The position numbers were made by a program, and so were the translations under genes. From Magallana gigas (lineage: Eukaryota), in assembly GCF_963853765.1 (NCBI RefSeq), contig NC_088862.1, forward strand, positions 16,430,001-16,494,000: 64,000 nt of DNA, written 5' to 3'. Each line of letters starts with the position of its first letter. Within the stretch, counting starts at the first letter, position 1. The notes beneath the pieces were generated by a model, which ran no database searches, was not told where the DNA came from, and saw only the letters and a list, made by a program, of their open reading frames with translations. Of this stretch, positions 37,245-50,629 are shown in pieces.

Positions 37245-39131
37245 ATGGCTTCCTCGAATAGCCCGCCCCACAAAGGCGATGTTTCCACGTGCTCAGTTTG
37301 CTTTGAACGATACAAAAACCCTCGATACCTGCCGTGCCTTCATTCTTTTTGTCACTCCTGCTTGGAATCTTACATAGTGTCTACGTGCGTTGCTAAGGAA
37401 GCCCCTGTTGGATTCCGGTGCCCACTTTGTAGAGAGTTTGTAGCTGCCCCCGGCACGTTTAGCTCACCAGAAAAATGGGCCAAGCAACTGCCACTGAACG
37501 AGTCTTTGATCACGTATCTAAAAAGCGAAAAGCCTTCGGAGGACCATGAAACGTGCGAAGCGTGCAGAAGGACGCAAGAGGACCAACCGGCCTCGTTTTG
37601 GTGCAAATCGTGCATGGAATCTCTGTGCGATATGTGTACGAAATATCACCGGAAGAACATGATGACGCAAGATCACAAGCTCGTGCAACTCAGCGAAATA
37701 AAACTGTCTGGGTCGGCCATGATTGCCGAGAACGTGTGCACGAAACATAAAGGGGAGATAATGAAGATGTTTTGTGCCGACCACAAGGAGGCGTGCTGTA
37801 CAACGTGTGTGAGCTTTGAACACAGGAAATGCAACAATGTCGACAGCATCGATAAGTGCCTTACTGAGCTTCAAGAGGGGAAACAGATGGAGCGGTTATT
37901 GAGGGAGATCGACAAGCTATCGCTCAAACTGAACAACATAGCGAGAGAAGAAGACGAGAATGTTTCACAGATAGATCGGCAATCAAGCGAACTTATCCAG
38001 TCGGCTGAGAAACTGCTACAAGAAACGCAAGCTCATCTCGAGGAACTGAAACAAATTTATCTGCGGGAATTGTCGAAGATCATGAAAGACAGAAAAGGGA
38101 AAGTGAACTCTTCTCTGGAAGCCATTAGCGAAAAGAAACACTATGTTGAACATTGCAAACAGCTGCTTTCTCAGGTAAAAGACAGTGGCTCAGATATCGC
38201 CTACGTTTGTAAGTTTTACGAAGTGAAGCACAAAATTGACGAAATAAAGAAGACCTATGTCAATAAAGTGTCATTCGATATCCAAGGGAAATTATCATCC
38301 AAAATCAAAGAACTGAAAAGCATTTCCAAGCTTTCCGAGCTCTCTGTATTCCAGAAGTCTTGTTCCATGGAGTTTGGGTTTGACGTGAAATCGGCGCGCA
38401 TGACTTTGGAATCTGAATTCACCATCGAGAACAGTTGGATTTACGGGGGATGTTTTCTTCCGAGCGGGGGGATTCTGCTGGCGGATTATCCAAACTTCCG
38501 ATTTATTTACCTGGACTGCGTCGGAAAATCGATTCTTCAGGGAAAACTTGTCGGACCAAAACCAAGGGACATAATCGTATCAGGATCAGACATATTGATC
38601 GCGCTTGAGGGCCTAAACGCCTTACAAAAAGTCGCCATGGGAAAATTCAGCCTTGGATCCACCATACCAACCGGCGAGTCTTGCTTGGGGATAGCAAAAT
38701 TCCAAGAATACCTTTACGTTACACGGCCAACATCTATCATCAAACTAGACAAACAGGGTAATATTCTGAAAACCTATCCCACCCGGAAGTGGACCTACTC
38801 AGTGACCGTGACCGGAAGTGGAGACATCGTGCACTGCCATTACGGCGGAAATTCCGTCACTGCCATGCGCGATGACGGTCAGACACTCTGGGTATACAAA
38901 CACCCGCAACTGATTGGCCCAGTAAGCGTGACTGTGGATTTCTTGGATAACATATACGTGGCGGGAGAACAATCCAACAATATCCACATCCTGTCAGGCA
39001 AAGGGAAGCTACTCCGAATTCTTTCCGACGTCCCCAAGCCGTTCTGTATGAGATTTAAGGAGGGTAGTCTCTCATTTCTTGTGGTTACGAACGGCAATTG
39101 CGTAAAGGTGTACAATCTGAAAACTGACTAA
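37245..39131 (+). CDS. Intact intronless TRIM (RING, two B-boxes, coiled coil, NHL-like beta-propeller), 628 aa
   Basis: Complete C3HC4 RING CSVC...CLHSFCHSC...CPLC; two B-boxes; C-terminal repeats GGCFLPSGGILLAD, PRDI, SVTVTGSGDIV, PVSVTVDFLDNIYVAG..SNNIHIL. Confidence 0.92.
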   Translation: MASSNSPPHKGDVSTCSVCFERYKNPRYLPCLHSFCHSCLESYIVSTCVAKEAPVGFRCPLCREFVAAPGTFSSPEKWAKQLPLNESLITYLKSEKPSEDHETCEACRRTQEDQPASFWCKSCMESLCDMCTKYHRKNMMTQDHKLVQLSEIKLSGSAMIAENVCTKHKGEIMKMFCADHKEACCTTCVSFEHRKCNNVDSIDKCLTELQEGKQMERLLREIDKLSLKLNNIAREEDENVSQIDRQSSELIQSAEKLLQETQAHLEELKQIYLRELSKIMKDRKGKVNSSLEAISEKKHYVEHCKQLLSQVKDSGSDIAYVCKFYEVKHKIDEIKKTYVNKVSFDIQGKLSSKIKELKSISKLSELSVFQKSCSMEFGFDVKSARMTLESEFTIENSWIYGGCFLPSGGILLADYPNFRFIYLDCVGKSILQGKLVGPKPRDIIVSGSDILIALEGLNALQKVAMGKFSLGSTIPTGESCLGIAKFQEYLYVTRPTSIIKLDKQGNILKTYPTRKWTYSVTVTGSGDIVHCHYGGNSVTAMRDDGQTLWVYKHPQLIGPVSVTVDFLDNIYVAGEQSNNIHILSGKGKLLRILSDVPKPFCMRFKEGSLSFLVVTNGNCVKVYNLKTD

Positions 39132-42100
39132 AAAAAAAACATCGCTGAAAATTATACCGAAAATATAACCCCCTAACGGAAGCGTGGATTGTGAAAGTGC
39201 TATGCTTATAGATTTACCTGTAAAGTTCATTTGACAATTATCTAAGGATTGAAATTTGTATAAACGTGTTTATGTTAACTTTATTAAATCACTTTGAAAC
39301 TTTTTCTTTGCTATTATTTTTATTGCCAACACAATGAGGTATCTTAACTGACACGCTGCTTTGCGAATTTTTTCAATTTTCATTTGATCGAAGCAATATG
39401 TTGTCACAGTTGGGACGTAAATAGTTGTTTAAGAAGAAAATTTGCAATAATATTTAGACTGTAAATATTTTGAAGTACAATTAACTAATATTCTAAACGA
39501 AATAGAACTAAGTTCGATATTAAGCAAAACTCATTCACGTGAATTTAAAAAAAGATTTTCACGTGGGTATTTTAATAGTATACTTATTAGTGTATACCAT
39601 ACATAATTATGATTAAGTAGCAATAACATTAAGTTTATCAAAACGGGGGTACCAAGGTTATACATAAGTTCATGCGTGCACCCCAAAACTAAAATTTGTA
39701 TTGTATAATTATACCCCGCCTCAAACAAAATTATCACTGACCCCTATCCCCTTCAAATAATTTGGATGCGCTTACAGTCTTTTTGTTTAATATAATGATA
39801 ACTGGAAACTTAAATGACGAAATAGGAACAATATTGTAAAATAGAATGAGCTGTTTTGTATTAATATAAGAAAGATAACTCTAAAAGAGACGTGAGAAAA
39901 ACTATTCTATCCTTTTATCAAGCGTAGGGCAGGAGAGAGGACAATTATGGTTCTTTTGGATATGAAAATTTACAACAATCAAATCTCAACCAATGTGTTT
40001 TTAAACTGTATGATAACTTACATTGTAGTCTTTACTCATTTTCTTAGAGATATAAAAATCATAAAAACGAAAAAAAAATCACTTAAAATATTTCAAAACG
40101 TGTCAACTAGTTTGTAAAAAAATTCCACATACAGTCTATCAAATTATTCTATTGAATTGGGATAGAATAATTTTCTCTAAAATTTCAGTATTCTCATGTA
40201 ATTTAAATTTCCAATTCTTTTAAAATAGTTGTACATTGCAGTCATACGAAAATACAAAAGTTAGATCCCCTCCCAAAAGCTTTTGACCTCCCCCATCCGC
40301 GCGTGCCAGCTATTTACATTTGATTTAAATTTGCTGCGCAATAAATTCGTTCGGAGATGTAAATTAATGTTTCCTTTTCAATGGTGTAAGGACCTCTGAA
40401 TACGCGAGAATCAGCTTCTTTCTGTACATTCACGCATGGGTCAGTATTGGTGTTTTTTTATTATGATGATTTTCATAAAGGTATAACATTCCTATTTCCC
40501 ACTAAATCCATTTGTGAATTTACGTTGTATATATGTGATAGTACATACAAGAAGAATGTCGCACATATGAATGATCTAGAAAACTCTTTGAATTGACCAG
40601 TTTAAAAATATCGATTTTTAACGAACATTAAAATGCAATTTATAAATCCCTTCAATGTAATCATAAATAAAGAGAGATAACTCTATCGGAGATTAATGAC
40701 TACCGTTCCATTATTTAATAATTGTCCAATCAAAAAACAATTTCTGTCAGATACTGCTGAATTATTTTCAATTAAGTACATGAAAACAGTTTTAAAGCAA
40801 TTTTTAATTTACCAGTGAAACAAAATTTTATTATTTGATTGTGCAGGTGATAAAGTTGATCACATGCAAACATTCGAGCATCAATGCCTCATATCACGTG
40901 ATATTTGTTAAATACGTGAGAAATTATTCATTTCCATCTTACTTTTAAGTCTCAACATATGTACATGAAAACGTAATTGTAGATCGGATCCTTTAATGTT
41001 CCATATTACACATATCCATGTTGATATCTGTACATTTTATATCAGAAAATTTTTGGATCATTTTTTGACGAATTTTGGGTTAATTTTTGGATAAAACATC
41101 CTGATTTATAGTTTTCTTTTTTAAAACTTCATTGAATTTTTACGATAATGTGAAAGAGACTTTATCAAAACATTTAGTACTCTTTTTATTTTTTAATGCT
41201 ATAATATATTGGACTCATTAAAAATCTAATTCTTTTGAAAGAAATTTTAGAAATATTCGTGTAGTATTAAAATGTCATGTGATTACATTTTTATTCTATC
41301 ACGTGATTTTATGCATTTCGGATCTTGCCATTTTAAATTGATAAATGAGCAAAAGAAGGAATTATATAAAAATGTCTTATGTCACCGATTTTCTACATTT
41401 ATTACCGTTTGTAAAACTCATAAAACAGAGAGATTTGTCATATGCAGCGAGCCAATCGGCTGCGACCTTTCAATCAATTCGAAGACCATCCTCACATCGC
41501 TCATTTAACAAATCTCCATGATAACGATTTTTTTTCTGATGTATTCATTCACCGCCTAAAACATTATTTACCTCAGTAAAACTACTGAACATGTACACAT
41601 ATAATTTATTTTATTTCAACTTTATATTTCTCGCGGGTTTTATATTCATTTTGATTTTCTAAATGAAGATCTTCATTAAAATGTGCCAATAAAAAGGGGA
41701 CTGTTATATATGTATTGTATTCTCATTGCCTCAAATAAGACAAATATCAACTTTAATAAAAAATATTGATCACGATTTCCAGTAAATTTGATAGGGTTCA
41801 ATTAATATCACTATGAAATACTGTCTCTGGCCGTACATGCGGGTATGAGCGTAGGAAGCGGCCTCAGAATTGGCATTAAAAAAACCACAACCCGCTGAAG
41901 CGATTTATGATTATCGATAACCCGTATGAACCACTAAAGGAAAGCGTTTTGCTGTTGCAATTTACATCAATATAATGGATATATGCCGAAAACAGTTTCA
42001 TACGAAAAAAAAAGTTTCGAGGCCCGTTATCAATGGCCGAGAACTCTCCGATATTTTTTTTTTCATACAGAACTTTTTTGTTTGTTTGATTTACCCGACA

Positions 42101-45100
42101 CAGTCCGATTTTGAAGGATATCAGTACTGTAACCACTGGTAACGGTCTGATATTAAGAAGCTCACTAATATCTGACTGTCACAGGTACATGTAAAGTTTA
42201 AAGACTTCTGGAACAAAGGAATGACATCACAATAGTTTTTAACTCAAAATATCTGTTTAATCATCAATATAAAGTGAGTAATAAATAGGTAATTTGCATG
42301 GATGTATCGTTTTGGAATGATGCGTTTCTTAGAAGGAATAGCTAAATCTTCTATATATATATGGAAGTTTATTACTTAATCGTTTGAAAGTATGACGTCA
42401 GTCTGTTCTACCATGATGTTGTTAAAACAAGGACCAATGAATTACCTAATAAACCTGGGGCAGTATAGTTATGTTTTACAGTGTCAAAAAAGATTCATTC
42501 CCCATAAACCAAAACCATGCTTATTTACTTGTTATTCTTGGTATTTCAACTCGCATTTTTTTTTTCAAATATATGTGTTAAAATCTGCTCACATTCGATA
42601 TCATCAACCGAAGTCTCGACATATAATCTGTGTCAGTCTAACTGATATACAATGACAGAATGTGATTACTGTCTTCCTTGGAAGACGGTATAAAGAGTTG
42701 AAATAATTTACAGTCTCCGGATTGTGCACTTCCTTTCCTTTGTGATTGGTTGAAAATACATGATGTGAAAATTTACATTTATTTCATTGGTTGACATACT
42801 GTTCGGCGCAAGGGAGATAATTTTCGGATGATCTTTTTCACGTACGACTTAACAAATTTCGTAGATTTCAAATCTTAAAAAGTGAAAAAACGAAAAAGCA
42901 AAACAAATTGCTATAAATGAAATTCAGCCTTTGGTTTTCAGGTCCAACTAGTTGAAAGTAACATTCTATAATATCCATTGAAATTATTTGTTTTTCTTTT
43001 AGAATTGTTTATTCAAATATTTATACAAAAATGAAAAAAAAAATGATGCGGTATGCCTAATATCGGTAAAGATATTTGCACCCTAGATAGATAAATGCAG
43101 TGGTATTACTTTGATTTTATCAAAATAATACGAGTCTACGACCCTACCTAAGATCTCTTTCACCCTATAGTCGATCTCAACTTACAAGCTCGGGTACGCA
43201 GTTCTCAATTTTAGACACGCAGGCTTAAACGACACATGACACAAAAATGTTTGGATAAATCAACTCACCATGCTATGAAGAGGAAGGTGACATTTATATA
43301 AAAAAGAGTTAAACTGTCTTTGATAACTAAGTGCTATTTAGGGTTTGTTCTAAAGACGGTAAGCTTTTTAAAAAAAGCTAAACTTATGTTGTATAGCAGT
43401 TTTCACAACTGATCATAAAATTAGTTTTTGTATGTCGTCACTGAACTAACCGACCCCGAGGGAAAAAATTTAAATAAACATGTAATTCAACAGTTTGCGT
43501 ACAATTATGCCGTTTGCATACTAAAATATCATAAGAATCTTAAATTACTTGTTATTATATTTCCACAACAAAACGGAAGACTTTTTTAGGATAATCGTAA
43601 AGTACCGTATCTAAATCCTCCAGCTTGTACGTCATCAGTCTGTCACTCTTTTCTACAGGGATTAATCTAAAGGGTGTGTAATGTTCAGATAATTACAATC
43701 CGTTCAACACAAAATTAAAAAAAACAACTATAACACAGCAATTTTCTCCACAGTTGTGTTTTTAATTTGTTTTTTCTACAACTCAAAAAATATAAAGTAT
43801 TGAATATCATAATCAATAAATATGAATGACCAGAAAAATGCAATTTTGTTTTATGATCACGTATGACGTAGTAACTTCTGAGTCAGACAGGGATGCTCAA
43901 ATCTCCAATGGATTTACAACTGTTTTCGGAAAATACAGAGCACGAGAGCAAAGGTTGTGTTTCTTTAAAATTTTACAATTTCCTCTAATTTTATTGACAA
44001 AAATTGCGTGCCAGTTTCGTTGTCTCTTGGTTTTTTATGTTTTCAAATTAATAATGGTGTTTAAAACTCCAACAAAAAACACAACCAATAGAAGAACTCA
44101 ATCGAATGCACAATGAAAAGAGGTTCATTAATTGAATGAACAAAAAAACCCCGCTGAAAACAAATAATGTTCCAAATAAAAATTAATATCAAAATAGCAA
44201 TTAACATTTAAAAAAACATAGTAAAGGAAACAGTGATCAATTTATCAATGAACATAATCTTGAACGAATATTTCTATAGAAATATTATTTGAATGAGTGT
44301 TCAATTCAACCAAAAGCTTCCGAATCAATAACATCATCGAGAACCAATGAATTTTTATATCCCACAATCGGCTATCATGGCCAAAAAAATATACATTTAA
44401 TATAGCACAAAAAAAAATGAAATAAGTTCGTAGTCTACTTGACATTTCTCAAAGAAAAATAGATTCTGAAACAAACTGAAGATTTAAACAGTTAAAGCTA
44501 ATGCTTCTTAATATAGCCCAAAAATGAAACAAGCTCGTAGTCTTCTTGACATTTATCAAAGAAAAATAAAAGAAACAAACTGAAGAGACTAAAAGCTTGC
44601 TTCTTTGCTCTTTTATCCAGTTGAACTGTATATACTTAACTAACACAATGCAAAACACTGTATGAGATCATCGGGAGAATATTAAACCTTGTGACCATAT
44701 ATTAGACTTTCAAAATGAAAATGAAACAAGGGTTATCGAGATGAGGATGTTTGAAAGTGATTTCCTCGCATCACTTCTGCATCCGTCTTAACAGTACCCC
44801 CTTTGCATCCAAATCTTCAGAGGGTATTTGTTTTTGGTGTGGTGAAACTCCGCCATTTTGATTTTGTGTTCACGCGAGATCTCGGAATCCCTCTTTTACT
44901 TCCTTCTTTCCTCAAGAATTAACACCGGAAGTAGATATTCCCACACTACACGAATGTAGCCTCATACTTCTGAAAAAAAATAAGAGTTTATGAATAAATA
45001 TGTTGATTCAATGCAATTTTTTTTTTATAGACAATGCAAAAATCTCTGACAAAACCGTCATCTTAACAGAAAATATTAAGAGAAATTTGAAATATAAAAA

Positions 45101-47920
45101 ATAGTTTAAAAAACTAGAAACAAAAAACAAATAAAAAACAAATAAACCATCATAGCTCATCTCGAGTTACGTTAAAGCACAGCTGAATTTTGAAGTGGTT
45201 TCATTTTAAGCAGCGTCATTTATAAAACAATGGGTGTTGTTTTTCATTACTGGTTAATTGAGACATGAGCATTACACTAGCTTTTTCGTTTTTCCGATAC
45301 GGAATCTGTCAGGAACAACACGTTTTATTTTAATAATTGAGTAGTACTATCATTCAAATACAAAGAAACTACTCTTGAATTCATGTCCGGCCGAATAGAT
45401 TCTTTCAAATTTAGTGCCAACCTTTATAAAAAAAAAAACCCACAAAAAATCCCACCCATAATAAAATGGGCAAAAAAGGACCATCTTTTCAAAATAATGA
45501 TTACATGTAATATTTTATAAAAAGTGTCTCGTCACTACCAATGACACCCAAAAATGATCACCAACAAGAAAATGTAGTCTAGCACCGCTGGAGTAAATTA
45601 TGAATGATAGATGTACAATGTTCTCCAAGCTATATCAAGAACTCCTTCTCGCCTGACAGTTGCTGAACACCGCTGAGAAATGTCTCTTATGTTCACACTT
45701 TTCTCAATTACGTGATGTGCAATCACTAGAAACTGCCAAGAACGATTACACAAAGAAGCATCGAGAAACAAAGCTTAGATTTGTTGGCAATATGTCATCT
45801 TATTTCCTCGAACTGTTCTTTCTCTTCTGCCGCTGTCTACACGTAGTTGCTTCCACAGACAGTGTATAACTACATGTATCTAAACTCTCCGAGGACCTTT
45901 AAAAATCACGTGGTCCGTACTTTCTGTCACAAAACTATGACTTTTAACATTATAATTTATCGTACATAAATTCTCTAAATTTCTTTCTCACCTGGCGTTG
46001 TGTACATTTTCTCTGTTATATAACGCGTACAACTATCTGAACACTCTGATCGGTCTTTTAAAAACCAAATGATCTTTATAACCTGACTTTAACAAAGGCC
46101 CTTTAAGATCTCGTCGACTATTTTAAGACCTTTGTAAGATTCTTGCTCTGAACCCTACGACCAGTGTCGACCACTAAGATGAACTTTTCATATCACGAGC
46201 TCTTTACTCGCTGACCATTTTGAAGACTTTAAAATTAGTTTTATGTTCTCTTACCAAGCAACACTGATATCACGTGACATCTAAAACAATCACCGGTTTA
46301 CGTACTCTGCGAGAACCTTTGAATGTTTTTTTTTGGTCCGTACTCTAAAACCAGTCATGGAGTCTCTTATCTGACCACTATAAAGTCTTACATAAAGAGG
46401 TCACTGTGGTTCGTACTTCTTGGCGGTAAAAAAGTACAACGGACCGAGTTCGCCTATACCTAATGCATTATTTAGACCCATTGCAGTGAAAAGGACATCG
46501 TGAGCCGAACTAGTTTATCCAGCAGAAAAAAATTAAATATTTAATAAAGCTGTGAGATGTCTAGGGCCTGTCATTCATACACACCTTTTCGCGTGCCTCT
46601 TGCCATATATGCATGTTTGTTATGAAATGTTCATACCTACAAACCTGCACAGAACGAGACTCAATGAATGAAGAACCTGAGAGAGTTCGCGTTTGTAAAA
46701 AAATGAGAGAGAAGAAGAAAAAAAACAAAAAAACGGAGTCATTAAGAGGAATACCAAAGTCGGGTGATAATGAAATATTAATACGATCTCCGATTGATTA
46801 AGGTAACCAGGAAAGAAAGGCGGCGAAGAGGAAGAGATTGGACGAATTCGATTTATAAAGAAGTAGCAAATGGGTCAGTTTTCCCCGCAATGCTTTGCGA
46901 CCAATATATATGTACAAGACAAGCAGTGCAAGACACAAGTTTCCCGACATCCCTTGTCTTAACGTGTCAATGCATCGTCTTTATATAACATTACCCATTA
47001 CAGATACCCACATTTTCTGTAAGTGCAATGGGTCTCAGGCATGCACAATAGGCATCAGTGACCGAGCTCTGGCATGATAAATGACGGGGTCTTAACATTG
47101 CTGGCGTACAAGACAAGCTCTAATCAGCTTACCGTTCGAAATTAAAAGGAGGCCCAGGTATCGAGCCTGCTGATTTATGTAGCGCCATTGTCTCTCCATG
47201 GAATGTCTTCTTCGAATGCAAGCCAGCGTCTTATAAAAACGACCAATAAAGATTCCAGAACAAGTGAGGATGGAAAGAAATAGACGGAAGATCATGTATA
47301 TTGGGCCATTGGATCGATGATCGATGCTGTTTGAAACCACAGGAACACTAGGACTACATGGGTCATTCTTTTCAAAATTTGACGCCTGACCGAAATAGGA
47401 GACTTGGGGTTGATTGTTAATCTTAATTCACTATGGAGACCCGCTGTCTAAAAATGATTATAAATACTTTAGTCGCACAGTCCTCAATTGAATGAATTTC
47501 TGCCTAATTTTTAAGTATAAGGTATAGATACATATTTGATGAAAACGTCTCTCTCAAATATCGTTTTTCGTAAAAGAAGAAAGATAGCAAACAGACGCAA
47601 TTTAATTAATTAATTGGCCGAAACGTCAGGCGTCGACAGTTTTTTGGGAATCTTCGGAGAACGTGTTGAAAGGGGCTATCAATTTCTGCTTATAGTTCAA
47701 GCAATTGGTGAGAAAAGAACAGTGCTATTTGAATAGGGGGCAACATTGAAAGATTACCGAGATCAAAAGGGCCCAACACATCATTAAAGATAAAACGCTC
47801 GGTTGACTTAGATGGTCCGATAGTTCAAGCTCATCGCTGTCCTTAATTATATGAAACAAGATTTAGGGAACCCACTCTATTGATTTTGTTTCGACGCTTC
47901 AAGATTAACAAACATTTCAT

Positions 47921-47924
<4 letters not shown>

Positions 47925-47968
<44 letters not shown>
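47925..47968. repeat. (GA)n microsatellite
   Basis: Seen directly. Confidence 0.95.
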
Positions 47969-47976
<8 letters not shown>

Positions 47977-50629
47977 TACAAAGTATTTACTCGACCTATA
48001 TGTCGTAATGATTTACACAATCTCAATCCAAAATATTTGTGATTAGATGTACGTTCGGAATGGTTTATAAGCTTGGGGTTTTTGTTTTAAACTACACAGT
48101 GTTTTATAAAAATACGTAGAAGCCCTGGACTCACTCGCTCAAAGACAGTATTTTATCATATCTACATTATTCATTTTATTCAATAATATCAATTACACAA
48201 ACATAATCAATAATTTTAAGCATTTTTATTATGGTGTATTTTAAGAAAACGCGGGAATAAATAGTTTACTCTTGATAGTTTTTGACCATACACAGCGAGC
48301 AAGCCAAGAAATTATCAAACCGATGCATTTGATCCAAAAAATGAATGTTAGGTAAATATAGACTTCGTATCGAATAGCAATATTTCAAGAAAATAATAAT
48401 CGCATGCAGTGGAACAAAAGTAGCCCTGCGTCTTAAAATAATAACATGCTACAGAATTTTAACGACAACCCGTTCCTCTTTTTGGCTGATTTACGACATG
48501 CCGTTAAGAGATTAATAGCTCTCAAGTTTGGACATTCTCGGAGCACGGTCCATCATTTAAGGCTAATACGGATCAATTTCCGAACACTTATGTCTATCAT
48601 TTTCTCTTCTTTTCAGCGGCAAAAAACTTGGGAGGAAATGTGCGGGATATATATATCCAAAAATGAGATTGATGGCACAGGGGAAGAAAAGGGCGATTGA
48701 TGGTAACACTCGGTGTTCTGTCATTTTCCAGTCACCCTTTATGACAAATCAAGCCATTAACGACAAAACAGGCAGAACAGATAGATATCTCATATCAATA
48801 AAGAAGGAGTAAATTAATAATCCCTTTGTTGCGAAACCCAACATTAACGAAAGAGAGCGGGCAAATTTTCGTACGAATACATAGCTTGGAAAATTACCAC
48901 CCAGAGATTGCAGGGACGGCGTCTAGAGTAGCAAAGACGTTGCTTGAATTAACGTATAGCAAAATTAGGAAAACGCAGTTCAAAAGAATGGGAGTCATAT
49001 ACATGTAAAGTCTAAAACCACAAACTCCTCATCCCCACCGTACCCCTTCCAACAAAATCCATAACGGTCTAGTAGCCTAAAAGTCCTTCCGGATTTACAA
49101 ATACGTTTGAAAACAATATATTTGAGGGCTAACCAAACAGACAAGTCTAGACGTAATATTTGAGACATTCTTTGATTAAAATTTGATGTATTTTTAATGA
49201 CCACCATTACTTAAAGAGGCGATATCTGGGATCATATACAAATACGTAATATATCACATAGCGATTATTCTAACTTTTTTCACCAATATTGCTAGCCAAC
49301 ACGCTATCCAATGATCAGAGACATACATATACTAGTATAAATGTTCATGGATAGACCAAGCTATTAACAAATTTTAAGATCATTTATTACACTATCGATA
49401 AAAAAATCAGATTTTAAACAAAATTAACGCATTCTTTTTTAAAATCTCCTAATTATCGATTCCAAATGACGCTTGAAGGATAAAAGAGCTTTAAAATGTT
49501 TGTTGTCAAGTCGAGAAAACATTCAAGGTCTTGGAGACAGTATTTGAAAAATCGATCGCAATTTAACTTCCTATCGAGAACTTTTTTATATAAGGAAACG
49601 ATGCATACAGCAAAACATAGCCGATACATAATTTCATGTAGTTGTACTCTTGTAAAATGTTATTTAAAAAAATGATATTCAAAAAATTATTCAAGAAAGG
49701 TTACATAACAATTTAAAAGTGATTCATGAATTTAATATGTCGTTGTGGTAAAATTGGTTACCTCAACAAGTGTATGACACAATGCAAACAATTACAAGAG
49801 TATTGATGGAATAGGCGAAAACAAGTCAATTTATACCCTTTTTCAAAAGACATAAAATTTTAACATTAATTTGATACTCCTTTCTCCTCTTTTGTAATTT
49901 TGTCGTTGAAGAATCAATGCAGGCTTATCATTTATTGATGTTCACAGCGCGAGTCAGAGTTACATTTACTTTGAACATTTAGAAGCTTTCGTATAGCATC
50001 TTCAGTTTTAATTTATAGAGCAGCTCAATTCGAAAAAAAAAAACATACAAACTACAGATAATTGGATTGGTATAATTAAATCCAACACCTACCATTTTTA
50101 ACTGATAAAAAAGAAAAGAAAACTAATTTCCTATGGACCGAAACATAACACAGCAATCATGTACTATATGGAGATTATCCTAAAATATACGGCACCGGCC
50201 GCGGGTACATAAAACTTAGACCAGCTTACTATAAATTTCTGTCTCCCTGTCTCAAAATAATTATATATTTATATAAGGAAAAGGGAGACTGAGATCAAAT
50301 GAGCTTGTCTTAGTTTTTAAGGCACCGGGACTTGTTATGGAAATTCATAAGATTATATGTTCCGAGATTCATAAAAACACTGTACAAAAGAAAGTGTTCG
50401 TCCCTATTTTTTCGCCACATTTAACATCAAATTAATGTCTTTTTAGATATACTTATAAAATCCTGTATACTCATAATTATTTATAAAGCAAATGTATATA
50501 GAACAATGCGAATTGAACTATAATATGACATGATAGTAAAAAGCGAGCGAATTCACTAATAAGAGTCATTGGGCGAAAACATCCATGTGTACAGTATAAC
50601 TTATAAGAATAAAGTGAACTAACCTGGCG

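Noticed and set aside
46613-46860. Basic ORF plus in-frame tail KAAKRKRLDEFDL resembling an NLS-bearing C-terminus
   Set aside because: Interrupted by TAA, no splice acceptor found, and the lysine run comes from an A-rich tract.
48617-48702. Plus-strand exon candidate (GKKLGRKCAGYIYPKMRLMAQGKKRAID)
   Set aside because: Good acceptor but weak donor, no partner exons and no homology recognised.
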